Below, one piece after another: positions 29,484-40,567 of a DNA stretch of 64,000 bases. Below the pieces are notes generated by a model. It worked only from the letters and a program-made list of their open reading frames with translations, was not told the origin of the DNA and did not search any database. Position numbers and translations under genes: made by a program. The DNA is taken from the NCBI GenBank assembly GCA_041746255.1, contig JBGTHM010000005.1, positions 1-64,000 of the forward strand, written 5' to 3'. Each line of letters begins with the position of its first letter. Positions within the stretch are counted from its first letter, which is position 1. Source of the DNA: Fibrobacteria bacterium (GTDB lineage Bacteria > Fibrobacterota > Fibrobacteria > UBA11236).

Positions 29484-31501
29484 AAGTACAGCTTGACGCC
29501 CCCCACCACTTGGAATGGTGTTCCGGGTACGAAATGGATGTCTTCGACGGGACCTGTTTCCCCGGGAAGCTGGGATTCGTTGACGAATTGCACTTCGCTC
29601 CACTCGGTGTCGAATAAATTGGCCACATCGGCATGGACTTCCCAATTTCCCCGGCGATACCCCACACCCAGGTTGACTATCGCAAAACCATCGGCGGTTA
29701 TGGATTCGTCTTCGGTGGCCGGTCTGTCGCCCAGATGAGCGAGACGCAAACTGCCGAAAAATCCGGAGGGATGGGAAACCGCGATTCCACCTGTTGCCGC
29801 CAGGGTGGGAGCCAAGGCCACGGCTTGGGCGTTACCCGGATTCTCGGTGAAAACCGCGTCGGCCAGGGTTATATCTCCATCGAGCCATAGCCAGGGGAGT
29901 ATGCTAACCCTGGCTTCCAGGTCGGCGCCGATGCGACGGGTCTCGCCTCGAGGTTCGGTGACGCCTTCATCGCCTACCCAAACCAATTCGCTTTCGAGAG
30001 CGAGCCTCCATAGAGCGGCGGCCAAGTCCAACCTGTCCCACAGACGCGTACGGGTTCCAAATTCGTAGCCGCGGGCTTTGGACAATGGCGTAACTGGATC
30101 GTTACCCAAAACGATGCCGCGGGCGTCGTTGGAATGGAATCCTTCGCCGAAGTTGAGGTAGAGTTGCCAGTTTTGCATCGGTGAGATCACCGCGCTGGCC
30201 TTGGGGCTGAAAATCGAAGCCTGCTGCACCCCTGAGGTTTTAGGTGCATCCGGGTCTCTCTCTTCGAGACGATCGGTAACGTCGAAACCATAATAGTCGG
30301 CACGGATACCTGCGATGAGGCGAAGCCAAGGCAAGGGCTCCACTTCTTCCTGTGCATAGACGCCGAAACTTCCCTGGCGGACGTCGCTATTGACGTCTTC
30401 GGTGAAACGCTTGCGGCGGACACTTTGACCGAGTTCGTTATGGATGATATCGTTGCGGCTTTCCACTCCCATGCGCGTGCGCCAGAGCATGCCGAAGGCC
30501 GTGTTTTCGAATCCATATCCAGCGTGAAACCCCGCGACCAGCCTCCTGTCGTTTTGTTCGATTTGATCGCCATGTTCGGAGTCGCCCGCGAAAAAGGTGA
30601 AATTCGAATAGAGCGCCAGGCGATAATTGATGAGATAGGCCGTGGCCTGGAAATAATCCCTCTCCCCCTGATTATCGAAACGCAATGAAGCGCTATGACG
30701 CTGCGAATTACCCCCTTCGGTCGGGTCCACCGAGCCGTAGCGCGAAAGGCTGCCGTCTTCCACCGCTCGCAGCGGAATCTGTCCCGATCCATTCCAGCCG
30801 CTTCCATAACCCATAAGCGTCAATCCGAGCGATGCTTCTCCATGGCGCCAAATATTGGAACGCATGAAAAGATTGTAGCGCTCCATGTCATCTGGGTTGT
30901 CGAAATAAGCATCGGTACGATAGACCTCGGCCGCGATGGTCGGACTGAAAGCCTCCTCAGAACCTGCTACCAGACCCAAGGCCCGATAAGTGTGGAACAT
31001 TCCCGTTTGCAGCGAAAGAAAACTCTCCCTAGGCTGGTGGGTATGCAAATGCACCGCCCCGGCAGTGGCGAAGTCGCCGTATTCGGAGAAATACGGTCCT
31101 TTTTTCATCTCCACGCGGTTCACCAATTCGGGAATGATGAAATGCATATCGGTATAACCTTGCCCGTGGCCGTGGCTCACATTGTTTACCGGCATGCCGT
31201 CGAACCAGAAGGCGATGTCGGTTCCATGGTCGCCGTCGAATCCACGGATGAAATACTGATGCGCCTTACCCCCTCCCGCATGTTGCGAAACGTAGAGACC
31301 GGGCGTGACTTTCAATAAATCCGCCGGCTCGAGAATAACGCGGAGGGAAAGGTCGAGATCGCGGATATCCTGACTGGAGGCCGCCGTATAAGGTTTGGAA
31401 AAAGTCACCACTTTTTCCGGTAGTTTTAACGAAATGGAATCGTGGCCATATATGCCGGCGGCAACCGCCAAGCCGAACACTGAAAAATATTTTAAAAACA
31501 T
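29480..31501 (-). CDS. TonB-dependent outer-membrane receptor (probable metal uptake)
   Basis: Plug region PGL..SQHAGGGKA.QYFIRGFD.DHGTD...NNVSHGHGQGYTD; KGPY; C-terminal NLFD...PG.PF...GVKLYF; AGGAG RBS. Confidence 0.92.
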   Translation of the reverse strand: MFLKYFSVFGLAVAAGIYGHDSISLKLPEKVVTFSKPYTAASSQDIRDLDLSLRVILEPADLLKVTPGLYVSQHAGGGKAHQYFIRGFDGDHGTDIAFWFDGMPVNNVSHGHGQGYTDMHFIIPELVNRVEMKKGPYFSEYGDFATAGAVHLHTHQPRESFLSLQTGMFHTYRALGLVAGSEEAFSPTIAAEVYRTDAYFDNPDDMERYNLFMRSNIWRHGEASLGLTLMGYGSGWNGSGQIPLRAVEDGSLSRYGSVDPTEGGNSQRHSASLRFDNQGERDYFQATAYLINYRLALYSNFTFFAGDSEHGDQIEQNDRRLVAGFHAGYGFENTAFGMLWRTRMGVESRNDIIHNELGQSVRRKRFTEDVNSDVRQGSFGVYAQEEVEPLPWLRLIAGIRADYYGFDVTDRLEERDPDAPKTSGVQQASIFSPKASAVISPMQNWQLYLNFGEGFHSNDARGIVLGNDPVTPLSKARGYEFGTRTRLWDRLDLAAALWRLALESELVWVGDEGVTEPRGETRRIGADLEARVSILPWLWLDGDITLADAVFTENPGNAQAVALAPTLAATGGIAVSHPSGFFGSLRLAHLGDRPATEDESITADGFAIVNLGVGYRRGNWEVHADVANLFDTEWSEVQFVNESQLPGETGPVEDIHFVPGTPFQVVGGVKLYF

Positions 31502-31644
31502 GCACACTCCTGCATTGAAAATGGAGATGATACCCGTCTGCCGCGCTACGCGCCTTAACGGTATTTTTATAGGAAAGGGAAAACGCTTTTTGATGCAAAG
31601 CGACGCGCTTTGGTGTTCTTTGGCGTTTAATTAATCGGGGAAAC

Positions 31645-32178
31645 CTAAACGGCAGGAGGCGCGCGTGCCTGCGCGGAGAAGGCGGGAAGACTGCGGGTAT
31701 CCGGATTCAGTTCCGAGGCGGGAACCACATAGGCATGAAAGGAAAGCGAGTGAGGCGGACTGGATAGTGAAGTTTCGCCAGCCAAAGCGGGGTTGAGAAT
31801 ATGTTCATGTCCCGCATCGCGCCCGGGTCGTAAAAGATTTCCGGCGATTGAGCCTGGAAGAAAATGGGAAGGAGTTGCTTCCGAAAGCGAGTCGGAAGGG
31901 GCATGCGTCGCATGCGAGGTCGGGAGGGTATTGACTTCGTTCGAACCTTCCCAAGCAGAAACCTGACCGTAAGTCAGCCCCATGACTTGATTTTTCAATT
32001 TGAGAAAATGTCGGGACTTTTCCGTATGAATGTGGGAATGACCGTCTTCGTGCTGATGGTAAATCGAAACGCCATGAGGCAGAAACGTCCACAGGGCATA
32101 GGCTAGGACCGCGATCCAGCCGGGAATCCGCCGGAAGGAGGGGTTGCGCAAAATACGGTTGAGGTTGGGTTTGGTCAT
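31645..32178 (-). CDS. His-rich leader protein with C-terminal RAPP motif (DUF2946/CruR-like architecture)
   Basis: N-terminal TM or signal segment, HQHEDGHSHIH, ends FSAQARAPPAV*; directly upstream of the TBDR. Confidence 0.72.
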   Translation of the reverse strand: MTKPNLNRILRNPSFRRIPGWIAVLAYALWTFLPHGVSIYHQHEDGHSHIHTEKSRHFLKLKNQVMGLTYGQVSAWEGSNEVNTLPTSHATHAPSDSLSEATPSHFLPGSIAGNLLRPGRDAGHEHILNPALAGETSLSSPPHSLSFHAYVVPASELNPDTRSLPAFSAQARAPPAV

Positions 32179-32382
32179 GGATTTTAAAAATATAGTCCAA
32201 AATGGAGGGGTAGGCAGGACGTCTTTTGTCCGGAATTGTCAAGTGAAACCCGGGTATGGAATTTTTTTCACCGGTATAAAATAGGGTCGAAGGCAGGCGA
32301 AAGGATTTTCGCCAATTATATTTTCCACCATGCAGGCTAGCCGGATCGCACCGTTCCCAAATCATTTCGCGCCGAGGCATGC

Positions 32383-33027
32383 ATGACTGATGCCTCCATA
32401 CTGCTGGTAAGCGCAGCGTCCATCGCATTTACCCATACGTTACTGGGTCCCGATCATTACCTTCCTTTCATAGCCATGGCCAAAGCCCGGTCCTGGACCA
32501 TGGGCAGAACGGCCCGCATCGCCTTTTATTGCGGCCTCGGACATGTTTTGGGATCGGTACTGCTGGGATTTTTAGGCATTGCGGCGGGTTGGTCGTTGGA
32601 CGGCTTGGTTCAATTCGAATCGGAACGGGGATCCCTGGCGGCCTGGCTTCTCATCGGCTTCGGGTTATTCTATCTCGCCATCGGTTTGCGCCGCCTGTTA
32701 TCCAAAAAAAACCTTAGGGCTTCGGATCCGCACGGTCGCCCGAAAATGAACACGCCCTTTTTCCTATTTCTCATATTCCTGTTAGGCCCTTGCGAACCGC
32801 TGATTCCGCTGCTGCTCTACCCTGCTGCCGCCGCGAATACCGGTTTGGTTTTTCAAGTGGCTATTCTTTTTGGATTTGTGACTTTATGTACCATGCTGGT
32901 AAGCGTACTGATCGGGTTGAGGGGGATCTCCCGCTTGCCCAATTTAAGAGCACGGCCTTACGCCCATGTACTGGCCGGGCTTACCATCTGCGTTTCGGGT
33001 TTGGCCATTCGTTACCTGGGATTGTAA
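32383..33027 (+). CDS. Ni/Co transporter-like membrane protein (UreH/NicO/DsbD_2 type)
   Basis: HTLLGPDHYLP, CGLGHV and GPCEPLIP motifs; about six TM helices. Confidence 0.78.
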   Translation: MTDASILLVSAASIAFTHTLLGPDHYLPFIAMAKARSWTMGRTARIAFYCGLGHVLGSVLLGFLGIAAGWSLDGLVQFESERGSLAAWLLIGFGLFYLAIGLRRLLSKKNLRASDPHGRPKMNTPFFLFLIFLLGPCEPLIPLLLYPAAAANTGLVFQVAILFGFVTLCTMLVSVLIGLRGISRLPNLRARPYAHVLAGLTICVSGLAIRYLGL

Positions 33028-33030
33028 CCC

Positions 33031-34062
33031 TCACTCCGCCACGGTGTCGGCCTTATGCGCGCCCCGCTCTCCCATCGGCTTTTCCGGCCCCGTGGTACTG
33101 TCCTTGGAGGTTTGATGTTCCATTTCGGCATTGACCTCCGCACCCAATAAAATGATGAAGGAAGACAACAGCAGCCATAGCATCAAGATGACAACCGCGC
33201 CAACCGATCCGTAAACTTCATTGAAGTTACCGAAGTTGGATACATAAAAAGAAAAGGCGCCTGAACCTAAAAGCCATAGAAACGTGGCGATAGCCGAACC
33301 CGGGGTCACCCATTTCCATTTCGCATTTTCGCGAACCGGAGCATATCGGTATACCATCGAAAGCGCGAATAAAATGATACCCGCCAGAAAAACCCACCTG
33401 ATCGTGCGCAAGAAAAACTCTGCGGTTTCCGGTATGCCGACGAAGGCCATGGCGATGGGGAGCGCCACCACCAGCGCTGCGCTAATCAGCGCCAGCAGAA
33501 TTCCCCCGAAGGTGAACAATAAAGTGAGGGCGTTGAGTCGGACAAAGCTTCTAGCGTTTGACTCCTGGTAGGCGATATTCAACCCTTCGAAAAGCGCGCG
33601 CGTTCCTTTATTGGCGGCCCAAATTCCGAGTACAATTCCAAATGCCACGGCCCATCCCAGGTTGCCACCGGCTTGGTTTACAAAAGCCGAAAGTTGTTGC
33701 CCGATTACCTGCTGGGCTTCTTGCGGAAGGACACCCGCCAGGGCGGCGATATGTTCTTCAACCGTGGCGGGGTCCACTGCCAGGGCATAAATCGAAACTC
33801 CGGCAGCTATCGCGGGAAAAATGGAAAGGAACGCGTAAAAGGCCACACCCGCCGCTATGGCGGTTATATGATCCTCGCCGATACGGTTTTTAACCCGAAG
33901 GAAAATTTCCTTCCAACCCCTAAGAGGTATCTGGATCGGATTTATGGCGTCCTTACCACGTTCGTCTTGAGCCTTACGCGCAACCGGCCTGGCCGAACCG
34001 CCGCTGCGCCGAGGATCACCGGCTTTCCTGTCGTCCTGTTTTTTACGCTCTTTTTCGGCCAT
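33031..34062 (-). CDS. YihY/virulence factor BrkB family membrane protein
   Basis: AAGVAFYAFLSIFP, YR.AP, YGSVGAVVILMLWL, GAEVNAE motifs. Confidence 0.92.
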   Translation of the reverse strand: MAEKERKKQDDRKAGDPRRSGGSARPVARKAQDERGKDAINPIQIPLRGWKEIFLRVKNRIGEDHITAIAAGVAFYAFLSIFPAIAAGVSIYALAVDPATVEEHIAALAGVLPQEAQQVIGQQLSAFVNQAGGNLGWAVAFGIVLGIWAANKGTRALFEGLNIAYQESNARSFVRLNALTLLFTFGGILLALISAALVVALPIAMAFVGIPETAEFFLRTIRWVFLAGIILFALSMVYRYAPVRENAKWKWVTPGSAIATFLWLLGSGAFSFYVSNFGNFNEVYGSVGAVVILMLWLLLSSFIILLGAEVNAEMEHQTSKDSTTGPEKPMGERGAHKADTVAE

Positions 34063-34174
34063 CAAGCCTCCTTGGCATAAACCTTTAACGGGAAAATGCC
34101 TTTTTGGAGGCCCGAGGGCCAAGGAATTATCAGCTATTTCAATGGCGAATTCGGAAGCAGTTTTAGGGTACAGC

Positions 34175-35254
34175 CTACTTCACTACCGGGACCAATCGGG
34201 TGAATTGATAATCACCCACACTAAGCTTGACCGTATAGACCCCCGACCGGGTAACCGGAAAGGAAAAAGGGGCGGCATCTTTTATGTCCATCGAATTGAT
34301 CGCTTTTCCCCGGGAATCATATACCGTCACTTGATATCGCCCGGGTTCCAGAGTGGCGCCACTGATGGCCGCTGGAGTGGATGTCAAAGAAAAATATCGG
34401 TCGGCAAAAACCCGGGCTTGGCCCGGCTTTCCCACCTGGATATCCGTTACGGCGGGTTCACCGCATACTCCCGTTTGGGGCGCCCGGCCACCGGCCCATT
34501 CCAGCGCCCGCCAGATATGTTCGCTCACGTCGGGGTGGGTAAAGTCCGTGGAGTCATGGCCGAGGGAAGAATAAAATGCGCGCGCACCCTCGTAATATTG
34601 GCACCAGCTTACGGGCAGATCCTCTTCCAGCGGTTCGCCGGCTCCGGCGGTTCCCTTTTGTATGGATACCAGCAAGGTGACCGGAGTATTTTTGGGGAAC
34701 ACCGGGAAGTGAAACCATTCTGTTACATGCGTAACGAATTTTTCCGGAGCGTTCTGGGTGGAATAATGATTTCTTTCATCCACTCTTAAAACCGCCGAAG
34801 CATTCGGATTGGGATGAGCGCCTCCGACATCCTGGTTGGCCGTGATGCCGGCGAGGAAAGCCCATCGGTTGGTTCTTGCGGCCGCCGCCACCGCGTGAAG
34901 GCCCACATAACCTTTACCCGACCTCATGAACTTTTCCACGGAAGCCCGCTGGGCGTCGGTTTCGAAGATTTTTTGGGTGCAGCAAACATTGTCGAAAAGT
35001 ATGACGTCGAATTTTTCCAGATTTTTATCGGTGAAGTAAGCCGGGTCTTCGGTATGGGCAACAAACCAGTCTCTTGATTTTTTGACCGAATCCAAAGATT
35101 TGATCGCCTGCGCTTTGGCAAACCGATGGGAGGACTGTCCAGGCACCGTGTAGTAATAGTGAAGTATATTCAGGGTTTGCGTCATACCCATGCTTACCGA
35201 AAGGAATGAGATGACCAACGCTAAACCGACTGAGTCGAGCATTCTTTGTTTCAT
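34175..35254 (-). CDS. Secreted ThuA-like domain protein with C-terminal sorting-type domain
   Basis: G.GYVGLHA, EWFHF, PVSW...YEGARAFYSSLGH; tail VYDSRGK...SGVYTVKL. Confidence 0.8.
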   Translation of the reverse strand: MKQRMLDSVGLALVISFLSVSMGMTQTLNILHYYYTVPGQSSHRFAKAQAIKSLDSVKKSRDWFVAHTEDPAYFTDKNLEKFDVILFDNVCCTQKIFETDAQRASVEKFMRSGKGYVGLHAVAAAARTNRWAFLAGITANQDVGGAHPNPNASAVLRVDERNHYSTQNAPEKFVTHVTEWFHFPVFPKNTPVTLLVSIQKGTAGAGEPLEEDLPVSWCQYYEGARAFYSSLGHDSTDFTHPDVSEHIWRALEWAGGRAPQTGVCGEPAVTDIQVGKPGQARVFADRYFSLTSTPAAISGATLEPGRYQVTVYDSRGKAINSMDIKDAAPFSFPVTRSGVYTVKLSVGDYQFTRLVPVVK

Positions 35255-35663
35255 GAATTCCCCTAAATATTGAACTCTCGGAAATTACCGAATCGTCGTG
35301 GCTAAGTTCTTTAGGAAAAATATACCTCGGGAAATTGCTTTGTCGTGCCTATTCTTCACGATTATACCCTGCTAGAAGGTTTCCAAGGGCCCTATCTAAC
35401 TGGATTCCGTTAGCTTCCCATTCGTTGTTTTTTAGAGAATACAGATTCTTCGTGGCACTCAAGACCACACGCTGATTAAGTATGGATTCGGTAATATTTT
35501 AACATCGTGGGATTATTTGCAAAAGGCGGGATCACCCGGAGCTTGAGAGTTTATCCCTTCATCATAATTTATGTCACTTTCAATAAAATTATTTCTTCGC
35601 ACTAAAGTACAGCCGGCGTCTAAATTTTTTCCAGCATTTGCTCTCCTTTCAGAAAGGTTCCCC

Positions 35664-37448
35664 ATGAAGGTCCTAACCAAAGTGGTCATTTCCATGATTA
35701 TGGCATCTTCCTTTCTGTTCGCCCAGGATACCTGGCTGGATAACGGTACTTTCAACCATCAATCCCATTTCAATAAAATGCCTGATGAGCCGCCGGCGGC
35801 CAATCCGACAAAACCAGATCTGCATCCGGGATTCGACGCACAAATCGCTCATCCTAAAGGCAGAAACTGGAGGGTCAGCGGACTGGATTATCTGAAAGAT
35901 GGACGCATGGTTTTGGGTGAATGGGCGCTCGCAAACGCAAAGATTTACTTGATCGTTGGCGCTGACGGCGACCCCGAAAAAATGCAAATAACAGAGATTG
36001 CTACCGGTATAACCAATCTTTTCGGGGTAAAAGTGGTTGACGGTGAGATTTATTACGTAGAACGATCGGGGCTCTACAAATTGACCCCCACTGGCGGAAA
36101 CAATTGGGGGAAAAAACTTGTTTCCGCCCAACCCGTGCCCGTGAGAACGGATTTGGGACCGGGAAATTTCCCCTTTACCAACGGCATCGCTTGGGATGGA
36201 ACCTATTTTTATTACGCGATTTCCGGATATAAAAACTATAACTTTCCCAATAATGACGGCACCGTAGTGAGGGTATCCAAGGCAACCGGAGTTTCGGAAG
36301 TCTACGCGACGGGAGTCCGTAATTCGAATGGCATGGGCGTAAACGCCGCGGGAGAACTCTTTATAACGGACAACCAGGGTACCTGGCGGCACTCGAACCC
36401 GATATACCATATCACCCAGGGCGTTTTTTGCGGTTGGCCCCGATTGTCCCAGGTAGAGGGAAATGAATCGGGCCACATGACGGAATTTACTCCCCGGCCA
36501 CCGGAAGAATCCATCCAGCACCCCGCCATCCACATTCCCTATAGGTTTGGGAGATCTCTGACCGACATGCAACTTTTGGATAAGCCTCCCTTTAAGGATC
36601 AATTTTTAATTGGGGACATCACCACCGGTCGTGTCCATAGAGTGGATTTACAGAAGGTCAAGGGCGTGTATCAAGGCGCATCTTTTCTCTTCAGCGGAGT
36701 CCTGGAAGCGGGAATTCAGTCCTTCACCGTGGGTTCGGACGGCAGTATTTACGGAGGAGGTCTCGGACTGGGCGACAAAACCTGGGCTTTTGAGCGTCGC
36801 ACCACCGCCATGATGAAATGGAAGCGAAACTCGAAAAGTCTGAATGACATCCACACGATACACTCCAACAGTAAGGGATTCGACGTGGTCTTCACCGAAC
36901 CACTTACCGCGGGGGCCGCCAACCCCGAAAATTTTTGGGCTGAATCCTATCACTATACCTTCACCAAATCGTATTTCGGTGATAGACAAAATGTAACGAA
37001 AGTTAAAATTACCGGAGTCCAGGTTTCCGAGGACAGAAAAACGGTGGCGCTTACCCTTGAGGGTCTCAAGGCCGGCCTGATTTATCGCTTCGCGTTTTCA
37101 CCGAACCTCAAATTTCAAAATGGGAGCTCGCCCTGGCATACCCAAGCCTGGTACACCTTGAATGTTATCAGCGACGCGACCCCCCTGAATCCGACTTCCG
37201 TGACAGGCTCACCTGCGAAAAACCCCGGCTTAGCTTACCAGATTCAGGACAATATGCTCATGCTTGGACTTAAAGCAGACGGTCCGTTTCAAATCCGAGT
37301 GCTGGCTCCCAACGGACGGGTCGTGGCGGAGGAAAGCGGTATGCAGGCCCGTAACATTCAAGTTATGCTCACACAACCGGGAGTGTATATCCTCCAGGCC
37401 ACTCAAAATAACCACACTCATACCCTCAGGATTCCGCATCTAAAATAA
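35664..37448 (+). CDS. Secreted beta-propeller protein (sugar-dehydrogenase-like) with C-terminal sorting-type domain
   Basis: ATGVRNSNG.......LFITDNQG.W motif, Ig-like domain (GFDVVFTEPL), tail PNGR...PGVYIL. Confidence 0.7.
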   Translation: MKVLTKVVISMIMASSFLFAQDTWLDNGTFNHQSHFNKMPDEPPAANPTKPDLHPGFDAQIAHPKGRNWRVSGLDYLKDGRMVLGEWALANAKIYLIVGADGDPEKMQITEIATGITNLFGVKVVDGEIYYVERSGLYKLTPTGGNNWGKKLVSAQPVPVRTDLGPGNFPFTNGIAWDGTYFYYAISGYKNYNFPNNDGTVVRVSKATGVSEVYATGVRNSNGMGVNAAGELFITDNQGTWRHSNPIYHITQGVFCGWPRLSQVEGNESGHMTEFTPRPPEESIQHPAIHIPYRFGRSLTDMQLLDKPPFKDQFLIGDITTGRVHRVDLQKVKGVYQGASFLFSGVLEAGIQSFTVGSDGSIYGGGLGLGDKTWAFERRTTAMMKWKRNSKSLNDIHTIHSNSKGFDVVFTEPLTAGAANPENFWAESYHYTFTKSYFGDRQNVTKVKITGVQVSEDRKTVALTLEGLKAGLIYRFAFSPNLKFQNGSSPWHTQAWYTLNVISDATPLNPTSVTGSPAKNPGLAYQIQDNMLMLGLKADGPFQIRVLAPNGRVVAEESGMQARNIQVMLTQPGVYILQATQNNHTHTLRIPHLK

Positions 37449-37498
37449 GCGGAATGAATGCTTTCCCACTAAGGGGAAGGCGCGGTACCGAACAGGGA

Positions 37499-40400
37499 TT
37501 AGGCGCCTACAACCTGCTTCCGCCGGCGGGGCGCCTTGGCCGGAACTGTCTGCAAGCCCACGGCGACGTTCCGGCGTTTTTCTTCGAGCAGGAGCTTCTT
37601 GAGCCATTTTCCCGTATAGGATTGGGAGGACGCCGCGACTTCGGCGACAGTACCCGTGGCGATGATTTCTCCTCCACCTTCCCCGCCTTCCGGGCCCAAA
37701 TCGACAATCCAATCGGAGTTCTTGATGATGTCGAGGTTGTGTTCGATCACGAGGACGGTATTGCCTTGGGCCACCAGGGAATGCAAAACCACCAGCAGTT
37801 TACGCACGTCTTCGAAGTGAAGGCCCGTGGAAGGCTCGTCCAGGATGTAGAATGAGCGGCCGGTGGAGCGACGCGACAATTCACTGGCCAGCTTCATGCG
37901 CTGGGCTTCACCACCGGAAAGCGTGGTGGCCGATTGGCCCAATTTGATATAGCCCAGCCCCACTTCCATCAGGGTTTGCAATTTGGCGCGGAGCGCGGGA
38001 AGGTTTTCGAAAAAGCGCAAGGCTTCTTCAATAGTCATATTGAGAACGTCGGCAATATTCTTGCCCTTGTAGTCGATTTGCAAAGTATCGCGATTATAGC
38101 GCTTGCCTTTGCACACTTCGCATGTCACGTAAACGTCGGGAAGAAATTGCATTTCGATGCGGATAAGGCCGTCTCCCTGGCAATTTTCGCAGCGCCCGCC
38201 TTTCACGTTGAAGCTGAAGCGGCCGGGTTTATATCCCCGGATTTTGGCTTCGTGGGTAAGAGTGAAAAGGTTACGGATTTCCGTGAACAGTCCGGTATAG
38301 GTGGCCGGGTTGGAGCGGGGCGTGCGTCCTATGGGAGATTGATCGATCACAATGACCTTGTCAAGTTGATCCAATCCCTTGATACTTTTGTAACTACCGG
38401 GCTTTTGCTTGCTTCCATTGATTTCCCGGGAAAGGATGCGGGAAAGCACGTCGTTCACTAACGACGATTTACCGCTGCCCGAAACTCCGGTTACGCAAAC
38501 GAATTTTCCCAAGGGAAATTCCACGTCCACGTTTTTCAAATTGTTATGGGTTACTCCCGTCAGCTTGAGGGTGCCTTCGGATCGTGCTTCGGTTTCCCGG
38601 CGTTTCAAGTTGAGTAAATCGCCGGTAATGCTCTCGCGGTCGATGCGGCGTTTCCCGCTCAAAAAGGCGCCGGTATCGCTATTGCCCGAAGCCAACAATT
38701 CATCCGGGGTTCCGGAGAAAATCACTCGGCCCCCATGCTCTCCCGCGCCGGGTCCGATGTCGATGACATAATCGGCGGTGCATATGGTGTCGGCGTCATG
38801 CTCCACCACAAGTACGGTATTGCCCAGATCGCGCAGCCTTTTCAGGGTTTTGAGCAGCCTGTCATTGTCGCGCTGATGCAGGCCTATGGAGGGTTCGTCC
38901 AGCACGTAGAGAACACCGGAAAGTCCCGTACCGATTTGCGAGGCGAGCCGGATTCGCTGCGATTCCCCGCCGGAAAGAGTGCGCGCGGAACGGGTGAGGG
39001 AGAGATAATTAAGGCCCACGCTTACCAGAAAAGTGAGTCTGCTTAAAATCTCTTTGAACACCTGCTTGGCGATGGCCCGCTCCTGCTCGGAAAGGTCGTC
39101 GTCCTTCCATCCGATGGGATCCACCTTGAAAAACAAATGCAGGCTGGAGCGGATTTCCAAGGGCGCGGGCTCGGAATCCTGCAACGCTTTGCACCAATCA
39201 TAGGCGTTTTGAATGGACATGTTGCCGATGTCCATGATATTGAGGCCGCGAATGGTAACCGCCGCGGTTTCATGCTTCAGGCGCAGGCCTTTGCAGGTGC
39301 CGCAGGGTTTCTCATCCATATACTCCTCGATATCGCGGCGGACGAAATCGGAGTCGGTTTGCTCATAGCGACGCAGCATGCTGGTAACGATGCCTTCGAA
39401 CTTCGCGTTCCAGGTATTGCGCGCGCCCCCACCTCCTGCGGGCTCATAGCGTACGGCGTATTTCGTTTCACCCGTGCCGTTAAGCAATATCTCCAAATGT
39501 TTTTTGGAAAAGGTTTTGATTTTGGCGTCGAGGGAAAACTTCTCCTGCTTGGCGACATGCCTCAGAATCTGCATATACCAGGAATCGGAATTGTCGGCCA
39601 TGCGGGCCCAGGGTAGGATGCCGCCTTCGTTGATGGAAAGTTCCATGTCGAGAACGGATTTGGCGTCGATTTCCTTGATGAATCCCAAGCCATTGCAGTT
39701 GGGACAAGCGCCATGGGGCGAATTAAAGGAGAAAGTATGCGGTTCGATTTCGGGAAAGGAGATGCCGGTAGCGGGGTCGACCAAACGCTCCGAATAGAAA
39801 ATGTCCTCTTTGGAGTCGACCAAGTTGACCAGCAATTCGCGTTCGCCATGCGACAAAGTCAGCTCTACCGAATCGGTAATACGTTTGAGCAGCTCGGCAT
39901 TCTCCCGCGAATCGCGCCGGATGACCAGACGATCCACCACCAATTCGATATTATGCTTTACATAGCGATCGAGTTTGATTTTCTCTTCGAGCTGGTAGAC
40001 TTCTCCGTCGACTCGGGCCCGCACGAAACCCTGGGCGAGGTAGCGCGCGAATAGCTCTTCGTAGGTTCCCTTGCGGTCTTTGACCAAAGGCGCGAGCAGG
40101 ATGATTTTGATATTCTCCTGTTTCCGCTCGGTGGGAAGCGACAAGATGGCGTCGACGATTTCCTGCACGGTTTGGCTGCGCAAGCGCTTTCCCGTTACGG
40201 GGCTGCGGGGATGGCCCACGCGCGCGTAGAGAAGGCGCATGTAGTCGTAGATTTCCGTAATGGTGCCGACGGTGGAACGGGGGTTGTGCCCCGCCGATTT
40301 CTGATCGATGGAGATGGCGGGAGACAAACCTTCGATGAGGTCGACATCCGGCTTTTCCATCAACCCGAGAAATTGCCGGGCATAGGCGGAAAGCGACTCG

Positions 40401-40567
40401 ACATAGCGGCGCTGTCCCTCGGCGTAAATGGTGTCGAAGGCTAAGGAAGATTTACCCGACCCCGAAAGCCCGGTAATGACCACCAGCTTATTCTTGGGGA
40501 TATCGACATTCACATTTTTCAGATTGTGGGCGCGAGCCCCTCTAACGCGTATGGTGTTGTCAGCCAT
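37499..40567 (-). CDS. uvrA: Excinuclease ABC subunit A
   Basis: [44 protein letters not shown], second ABC domain GVSGSGKS and LSGGEAQR. Confidence 0.98.
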   Translation of the reverse strand: MADNTIRVRGARAHNLKNVNVDIPKNKLVVITGLSGSGKSSLAFDTIYAEGQRRYVESLSAYARQFLGLMEKPDVDLIEGLSPAISIDQKSAGHNPRSTVGTITEIYDYMRLLYARVGHPRSPVTGKRLRSQTVQEIVDAILSLPTERKQENIKIILLAPLVKDRKGTYEELFARYLAQGFVRARVDGEVYQLEEKIKLDRYVKHNIELVVDRLVIRRDSRENAELLKRITDSVELTLSHGERELLVNLVDSKEDIFYSERLVDPATGISFPEIEPHTFSFNSPHGACPNCNGLGFIKEIDAKSVLDMELSINEGGILPWARMADNSDSWYMQILRHVAKQEKFSLDAKIKTFSKKHLEILLNGTGETKYAVRYEPAGGGGARNTWNAKFEGIVTSMLRRYEQTDSDFVRRDIEEYMDEKPCGTCKGLRLKHETAAVTIRGLNIMDIGNMSIQNAYDWCKALQDSEPAPLEIRSSLHLFFKVDPIGWKDDDLSEQERAIAKQVFKEILSRLTFLVSVGLNYLSLTRSARTLSGGESQRIRLASQIGTGLSGVLYVLDEPSIGLHQRDNDRLLKTLKRLRDLGNTVLVVEHDADTICTADYVIDIGPGAGEHGGRVIFSGTPDELLASGNSDTGAFLSGKRRIDRESITGDLLNLKRRETEARSEGTLKLTGVTHNNLKNVDVEFPLGKFVCVTGVSGSGKSSLVNDVLSRILSREINGSKQKPGSYKSIKGLDQLDKVIVIDQSPIGRTPRSNPATYTGLFTEIRNLFTLTHEAKIRGYKPGRFSFNVKGGRCENCQGDGLIRIEMQFLPDVYVTCEVCKGKRYNRDTLQIDYKGKNIADVLNMTIEEALRFFENLPALRAKLQTLMEVGLGYIKLGQSATTLSGGEAQRMKLASELSRRSTGRSFYILDEPSTGLHFEDVRKLLVVLHSLVAQGNTVLVIEHNLDIIKNSDWIVDLGPEGGEGGGEIIATGTVAEVAASSQSYTGKWLKKLLLEEKRRNVAVGLQTVPAKAPRRRKQVVGA

